Below the pieces are notes generated by a model. That model did no database searches. It was not told the DNA's origin and was given only the letters and a program-made list of their open reading frames with translations. A DNA stretch of 64,000 nt from Octopus vulgaris (Eukaryota). The stretch spans positions 59,706,001 through 59,770,000 of the forward strand of contig OX597832.1 of assembly GCA_951406725.2 (NCBI GenBank), in the 5' to 3' direction. The position numbers and the translations under genes are program-made. Below are positions 56,455 to 64,000 of the stretch, piece by piece; the stretch's first letter is position 1, and each line of letters begins with the position of its first letter.

Positions 56455-56880
56455 AGGCGGTGAGATGACAGAATCGTCAGCATGCCGGACAAAATGCTTG
56501 GAAGTATTTCGTCCGTCTTTATGTTCTGAGTTCAAATTTCACCGAAATCGTACTTGCCTTTCACCCTTACGGAATCGATGAAACAAGTACCAGTCGACTT
56601 ATTCATGCTATCGACTTATCTATTCCTTCCTAATTGCTGGCCTTGTGACATAATTTGAAATCAGTATTCAAAGCGGTGACCTGGTAGAGTCATTATTACG
56701 CTACATAAAAATGCTAAGCGGCATTTCGTTCGTCTGAGTTCAAATTCCGCCGATGCATACTTTGATTTTTATTCTTTCGGCGTCGATAAAGTAAGTACCT
56801 GTCGAATACTAGGGTCGCTGTAATAGATTTATCAATTCCCTCGAAATTACTGTTCTTGTACCAAAATTTGAAATTAGTAT
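56455..56880 (+). mobile_element. Two tandem diverged SINE family A copies
   Basis: CTGAGTTCAAATT occurs twice; both end AATTTGAAAT.AGTATTCAAAG. Confidence 0.8.
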
Positions 56881-57219
56881 TCAAAGTTACAACAGGTACA
56901 TTTTACGCAATGTAATACATAGAAACAAAAACAAATGGATATTGGACGACATCACTGCAGCATTTCAATAGTGTGGTTTATTTCAAATACGACTGCATTA
57001 TATAAAGTATTTCATGACTTTACGTAATTTCATATTTTTTAACAACCATTCCATTTCTTCAGGGGATACTCTTCCAAAATATTTGACATAATATCACTCC
57101 GAGAAAATGAAATGTTTATGTAGCTACAAATTTGCATAATGTCAGCTAATATGTTAATGGACTCATATTTGGAATAAAGTATTTATTCCAAATTTATATA
57201 TATATACATATGTATATAC

Positions 57220-57279
<60 letters not shown>

Positions 57280-57840
57280 ATCTATCTATATATATATATA
57301 TATATGTATATATCAATAGAGAGAGACAGAGAGACTGACAATTAGATGTGACAAAATAGTTCTAAAGAGTATATATTTAAACTGTAATGCCTCTGTTAAG
57401 GTTAGTAGCTCATAGATAACAGATGTACGTAATCCCCGTTTGAAAGTTTGATATTTTGGCTTCGATTTGTTGTAGAAATATAAGTATCTCAAAAGGAATT
57501 TCACATGCTTTTCTATTTATGTTCTTTTGTGTGATAATATTAAACATGGCTGGTTAGACTCGAGATTGCTCCAGTCTGGTCAGCCCCAAGGAAAAATAAG
57601 CTAAGAGCATTACATTCCTTGGAAGGAAGCAGCGAATGTATACGAAAACAAGGACGAAGAAAAAAAGAGAAATGTTACACAAATACAAATAACAGGACAT
57701 AACAACAGGTCTTTCGACTAAGAACGAATTAAATTAAGCTGGAGTGTTTGGAAGTGCAGCCTTAGAGCAGGGACGTGTGTGTATTTGTATAGAAATAGAT
57801 ATATGCCAAAATCTCTTTATATATATATATATATATATAT

Positions 57841-57915
<75 letters not shown>

Positions 57916-57935
57916 TACATTCATATATATATATA

Positions 57936-58348
57936 CTCTTTTTACTCTTTTACTCTTTTACTTGTTTCAGTCATTTGACTGCGGCCATGCTGGAGCACCG
58001 CCTTTAATCGAGCAACTCGACCCCGGGACTTATTCTTTTGTAAGCCCAGTACTTATTCAATCGGGCTATTTTGCCGAACCGCTAAGTAACGGGGACATAA
58101 ACACACCAGCATCGGTTGTCAAGCAATGCTAGGGGGACAAATACAGACACACAACACATATATATATATATATATACATATATACGACAGGCTTCTTTCA
58201 GTTTCCGTCGACCAAATCCACTCACAAGGCTTTGGTCGGCCCGAGGCTATGGTAGAAGACACTTGCCCAAGGTGCCACGCAGTGGGACTGAACCCGTAAC
58301 CATGTGGTTGGTAAACAAGCTACTTACCACACAGCCACTCCTGCGCCT
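57936..58348 (-). mobile_element. Young full-length SINE family B
   Basis: Highly similar to the reverse complement of 59872-60292; (GTAAAAGA)-repeat tail. Confidence 0.92.
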
Positions 58349-58779
58349 AATTTATATATGTTTATATGTGTGTGTATATGTAATGATTTTTCCAAATATT
58401 TAGTCATAAAATCTTCAATCACACTAACAACTGGCGCCTTAGTATGTTTCTTTCCCCGATGGCTGAGGTAACCTCGTAAATCGCCTCGTTTTGCCAATAT
58501 TAGTTACATTACTCCTCATTTTGCGCCGACTGCTATTCTTAGCATCATCCCATAGTGCTATATTATTTATCAAAGGTGATACGGAAAGTATGTGTTCTTA
58601 TGTATATGTGTGCGTTTGTGTGTTTGCACGTGCAATAGCAACCCACGAATCTAGAATTGAACCCGGCACCAGAAACTTTCACCCAACCGGAAGGTAAAGG
58701 TCTCGAGGTGATGGTAAATGTAATTTGAACAATAATTGTATTATGCACATACGTATATTTCTATGTCTGTATCTATCTA

Positions 58780-58865
<86 letters not shown>

Positions 58866-58954
58866 CTCACATGCATATATATGTATGTATATATGTATTT
58901 ATCTATGTATGAATGTTTTTATGCAAATATATGTGTGCTTGTGTGTGTGTATAC

Positions 58955-58995
<41 letters not shown>

Positions 58996-59052
58996 TATAT
59001 ATATACACACACACATATATATATGTATATATATATATATACATACATGCAT

Positions 59053-59083
<31 letters not shown>

Positions 59084-59252
59084 CACGTATATATATATTT
59101 GTTCGCATACCCAAGTTTGTCTTCGTATCTCATGTTGTTTTCCTATTTCATGTTTACGTTTTGTGACGTCCTGTACCCATGTATGCATATATATGCATAT
59201 ATATTTATGTATGTACATATATGTATGTATATAGACATATATATATATATAC

Positions 59253-59310
<58 letters not shown>

Positions 59311-59776
59311 TCCTGCTTAACGTACAGCGATGCAATACAGCTCGTGAAAGGGAACAAAACTACAGCTGTGTTTACGACTAATGCAACAATCACAAATAAG
59401 ACCCCTTTAGCATGCAAATGTCCCTTTTAATACCTCCTTTCAGATCCCTTCAAATCACAACCTGATCGTAAATTCAGAATTAAGTTATAACATAGAGTAA
59501 GACAAAAACGAAAATAAAAAAAAAATGGAATAAGAATTAAAAACCCAAGAACCGAACGTATGGCATACAAGATTTCCTTAGATGGCGCTCGTTTCACTTT
59601 AATCTCGATGACGTCTCTATTGTAACGGTAACGGCAAAAAGATGCAAATTGGACATTGCCAAATACCCGACAAAAATAAGCAACGGCTAAAGCAAAATGC
59701 TCAACAACAACAATAACAATAACAATGATAATAATGATAATAACGATATATATATATCTATATATATATAGACGCT

Positions 59777-59807
<31 letters not shown>

Positions 59808-59814
59808 ATATATC

Positions 59815-59871
<57 letters not shown>

Positions 59872-59874
<3 letters not shown>

Positions 59875-60292
59875 CGCAGGAGTGGCTGTGTGGTAAGTAG
59901 CTTGCTAACCAACCACATGGTTCCGGGTTCAGTCCCACTGCGTGGCATCTTGGGCAAGTGTCTTCTGCTATAGCCCCAGGCCGACCAATGCCTTGTGAGT
60001 GGATTTGGTAGACGGAAACTGAAAGAAGCCTGTCGCATATATGTATATATATATATGTGTTTGTTTGTGTGTCTGTGTTTGTTCCCCTAGCATTGCTTGA
60101 CAACCGATGCTGGTGTGTTTACGTCCCCGTCACTTAGCGGTTCGGCAAAAAAAAAAAAAAAAAGAGACCGATAGAATAAGTACTGGGCTTACAAAGAATA
60201 AGTCCCGGGGTCGAGTTGCTCGATTAAAGGCGGTGCTCCAGCATGGCCGCAGTCAAATGACTGAAACAAGTAAAAGAGAAAAAGAGAAAAGA
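59872..60292 (+). mobile_element. Young full-length SINE family B
   Basis: A-box TGGCTGTGTGG, B-box GGTTCAGTCCC, CORE-like TTGGGCAAGTGTCTT, internal microsatellite; inserted in (TA)n. Confidence 0.92.
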
Positions 60293-60346
<54 letters not shown>

Positions 60347-60491
60347 ATATACATATACACATGTACATAAATTCATATATATACATATGATGATGATGCT
60401 AATAACAATGATACTACTACTACTACTACTACTACTACTGCTGCTACTACTACTGCTGCTACTACTACTACTGCTACTACTACTACTACTG

Positions 60492-60587
<96 letters not shown>

Positions 60588-60588
60588 A

Positions 60589-60619
<31 letters not shown>

Positions 60620-61164
60620 TTGTTCACATTGACATTATCCAAAATAATAATGAAGAAATCGACAGGGACGAAGAAGTTGATAATGATGGCGATAATCATC
60701 ATCAACTTCATCATCATCATGCTCATGATGATGATGGTAGTTGTAGCGGTGGTGGTGGTGGTGGTGGTGGTGGTGATTATGTCGATGACGAGAATAATGA
60801 TGAGGATAAGAGATGATGAGAGCGAGGACGCCGATGGCGATAAAAGTAACAACGACGATAGTGACCAGAACGGCGATGACAGAGCGACGGTGGTAACGTC
60901 GGCGATGATGTGACCGCCTCCAGAACTCAACTGGTTCTTATAAAAGATGAGAGGCAAAAATCGATCTGGCCAGAATTCGAACTTAGAACGTTTAGTGTCG
61001 GAAGGAACGCCGCTAATTATTTTGTCACTTTGTTAGACTTAGTAGTAGAAGTGATTCTGTCAGTTGTTGAGTATTCCGCATTAATAAATAGCCTTGTAAG
61101 GTGTGAGTGACCACATAAGTGCGCAAGTGTATGTGCGTGTTTGTATTTATGTACATACAGGTCT

Positions 61165-61480
61165 TCCTTCGCTTACGACGAGGAGGGTTCCTGCTAATCT
61201 GATCAACAGAACAGCCTGCTCTTGAAATTAGAAAGCAAGTGGATGAGTATTCCACAGCCACGTGTACCATAAACGTAGTTCTGGTAGGAGATTCAGCGTG
61301 ACACAGAATGTGACAAGGCTGGCCCCTTTGTATTACAGGTACAACTCATTTCTGCCAACTGAGTGGACTGGAGCAACATTAAAAACATTTATCTTGCTCA
61401 AGGACTAAACGCGTCGGCGGGAATCGAACTCATGACCTCACGATCGTGGGCCGAACACCCTAACCACTAAGCCACGCAAC
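61165..61480 (-). mobile_element. SINE family C2
   Basis: Reverse complement matches 43062-43378. Confidence 0.85.
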
Positions 61481-61682
61481 TTTGCCGAATAAATATAACT
61501 AAGAAGCTTTACGCTTTCTGAATATATTGTACCTTTATTTTATTTTCTTTAATTAGCAAATATTTCAGGTAATTAAAATTCGGTGTGAGTTTGATGTCTC
61601 ATTTTAGTCGACTAAATCTCTGGCACGAGGTGTGTTTCTACCACATTTTGACGCTCTGTGCCACAGTTTTCAACAATAACGT

Positions 61683-61742
<60 letters not shown>

Positions 61743-62252
61743 AATCATATCTAATGAAACTAGACGTAAAATTATGGAACGTAAATTAATCTTATTACAC
61801 ATTTTTCCCAACCATCTTCAGCTGAATGACGTCATCAGAATTCTGAATCTTTCAGATATCTTTTTCTCAATTTCAGGCCTCCAGGATGAATAAGATAAAA
61901 AAAATGAAAATTCTTTCTTTCTGGAGCCAAGATTACTTTCTACGATAGTAGATAAAAGGGTTTATTGTTCTTCTCTAAGAATAACAATCTATCATTCTAC
62001 AAGAGGCGTAAGACCTAAGGATAATGGTTTTATCAGAATATATATATATATACTCAGAGACTTATCAAAATACATGCTCAGTAATATTTTTTCAATGATA
62101 TAAACAGTAAATTTTTAGAATATATACACATTGAATGGGAATTTTTCATTGGCACCTTTCCTTTAATCTTTGGAGATTGAAAACACACCAGATCTTTGGT
62201 TTTGTTGTAGTTTGCAGTATTCATAACTTGTGCTCAATTGGTGCACATACAG

Positions 62253-62436
62253 TTCTATATTTAAGAGATGAGGAATTATGTACATGATTTGCATTATGTA
62301 CTTTAGTTAATTTCGACGGATATTTTGTCTTCATCTTGTTTGTTGTTAACACAACGTTTCGGCTGATATACACTCCAGCCTTCTTCAGGTGTCTTGGGAA
62401 TGAGAACCCAGGTTCGAAATTTCCTCAAGACACCTG
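62253..62436 (-). mobile_element. Hammerhead-tailed element 3' end with an inverted 5' segment
   Basis: 62253-62398 matches the 47.5-kb tail; 62397-62436 is the upstream segment in the opposite orientation. Confidence 0.8.
62348..62393 (-). ncRNA. Minimal type I hammerhead ribozyme (Penelope-like element type)
   Basis: GACAC-CTGAAGA-A-GGCTG-gagtgtatat-CAGCC-GAAA-CG-TT-GTGTT: 5-bp stem I, 5-bp stem II, self-complementary ACGT helix III. Confidence 0.75.
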
Positions 62437-62766
62437 TGCGTAACTTGTACTTAATTTATCGACCCCGAAAGGATGAAAGGTGAAGTCGACCTCGGCGGAA
62501 TTTGAACTCAGAACGTAAAGACAGACGAAATACCTATTTCTTTATTACCCACAAGGGGCTAAACATAGAGGGGACAAACAAGGACAGACATAGGTATTAA
62601 GTCGATTACATCGACCCCCAGTGCGAAACTGGTACTTAATTTATCGACCCCGAAAGGATGAAAGGAAAAGTCAACCTCGGCGGAATTTGAACTCAACGTA
62701 AAGACAGACGAAATACCGCTAAACATTTCGCCCGGCGTGCTAACGTTTCTGCCAAATCGCCGCCTT
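62437..62766 (-). mobile_element. SINE family A with duplicated modules
   Basis: Same organisation as 17285-17704. Confidence 0.9.
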
Positions 62767-63624
62767 AGATTGATTGATTGCTTTAGTTCTTGACCCTAAT
62801 ACAGTCATGTTTCACTAATGTGTAGGTGAGCAGAAGAGGTGCGTTTATGCAGTTAATCGACATTCTAAAAATAGCAGTCAAACTACTTTATATCACACAC
62901 TGTATTGTCTTCAAAAGAAAAAAGAAAAAAAGATGTCCTTTGATAATTCGGTCCAAGATATACCACGATGGCACCGATGAAATGCAATAAAGTATGACCT
63001 GAAGCTCAACATAAACAACAATTACATTTTATTGCTGCGTGAGTTGGGAGAATCTGTAGCGGCGAAGGAGAATTGAAATAGAAGGAGAAAGTTAAAGAAT
63101 GCGAGTGAATGACATTTAGATAAAGACTGCGAACGATGGACAAACAGATTTTTTTTTTTAAATGGAAGACTTTCCTACACAGATTAATTGTTGCCTTCTA
63201 TCTATTAGGAAAAGGAAGAAAGCTTTCGCGCAGAACCCACACAAACGTCACAGCATTCGACATCTTAGAGGATTCCGAGTGCATATAACTACTCGTGTAC
63301 ATTGGACTTGAGGGGCTCTAGAAATGAATTCTAATTCTTGAGTGTATAATCCTATTAACCTGCATTTTAACCCCAAGCAATCTTTGCAACAACTATTAAC
63401 TCTTATGTATTTAAATACACAAAACAGATCTCGGCTTGTGCTGAGTGGAGTAAAGTGTAATGAATTTCGCTCCATTTTTATATTGTAGGATGAAAACCGA
63501 GGTTGTGAACATCAGGAAGTATTTACAAAGTGTTTATACCGACATGAGATATCACACAAAATCCTTTACGTGTCGGAAATTGTTATAATCTAGTCCTGAT
63601 AGCATGTTAAAATAAGCGAAGTCG

Positions 63625-64000
63625 TGTAACCAAGTAACGGACTCTCGACTGAGAGGTCATGAGTTGTATCCTTAAGCAAGGCTCTTTATTTTAATGTTGC
63701 TCCAGGCTAATCAACAGGCAAAAATGAGCCATATCTATATATCCTTTTCTACTCTCAGGCCAAGGCCCGAAATTTTGGGGAAGGGGACCCGACAATTACA
63801 TTGACTCCAGTACGCAACTGGTACTTAAATTATCGACCCCAAAAGGATGAAAGGCAAAGTCGACCTTGGCGGAATTTGAACTAAGAACGTAAAGACAGAC
63901 GAAATAGTAATATCTATATATCGAAGGACCAGCCTTGTCACATGTTTTGGCACGCGGAATCTCCCTGATACGCGTGTCTGTGGAGTGCTCAACCACTTGC
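63625..64000 (+). mobile_element. SINE family C2 interrupted by a minus-strand family A copy (63744-63909)
   Basis: 13-bp TSD ATATCTATATATC at 63731-63743 and 63910-63922. Confidence 0.85.

Overview
A very AT-rich, gene-poor eukaryotic window dominated by microsatellites ((TA)n, (CA)n, (ATAC)n, (GATA)n, (AAT)n, (GAA)n) and tRNA-derived SINEs. The repeat repertoire suggests an octopus or other coleoid cephalopod genome (inference). Nearly all ORFs in the supplied track are microsatellite artefacts. Supported content: four tRNA-SINE families (many copies, several with target-site duplications), fossil Tc1/mariner transposases (DD37D and DD34D types), fossil LINE fragments (R4/Dong-like RT, CR1 C-terminus, a YADD RT piece), a non-autonomous Helitron, a hAT MITE and a fold-back MITE, a degenerate 20-bp minisatellite, and one plausible minus-strand terminal coding exon plus weaker micro-exon candidates. 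The most striking signal is a recurring set of hammerhead-ribozyme motifs of the kind carried by Penelope-like elements. These are: a spacerless palindrome of about 425 bp carrying two mirror-image canonical hammerheads (33.0-33.5 kb); a tRNA-promoter-headed SINE-like element ending in a minimal hammerhead (47.5-47.9 kb, with relatives at 36.5 and 62.3 kb); and further fold-back insertions, some with hammerhead remnants. All folds and alignments were made by eye and need computational confirmation.
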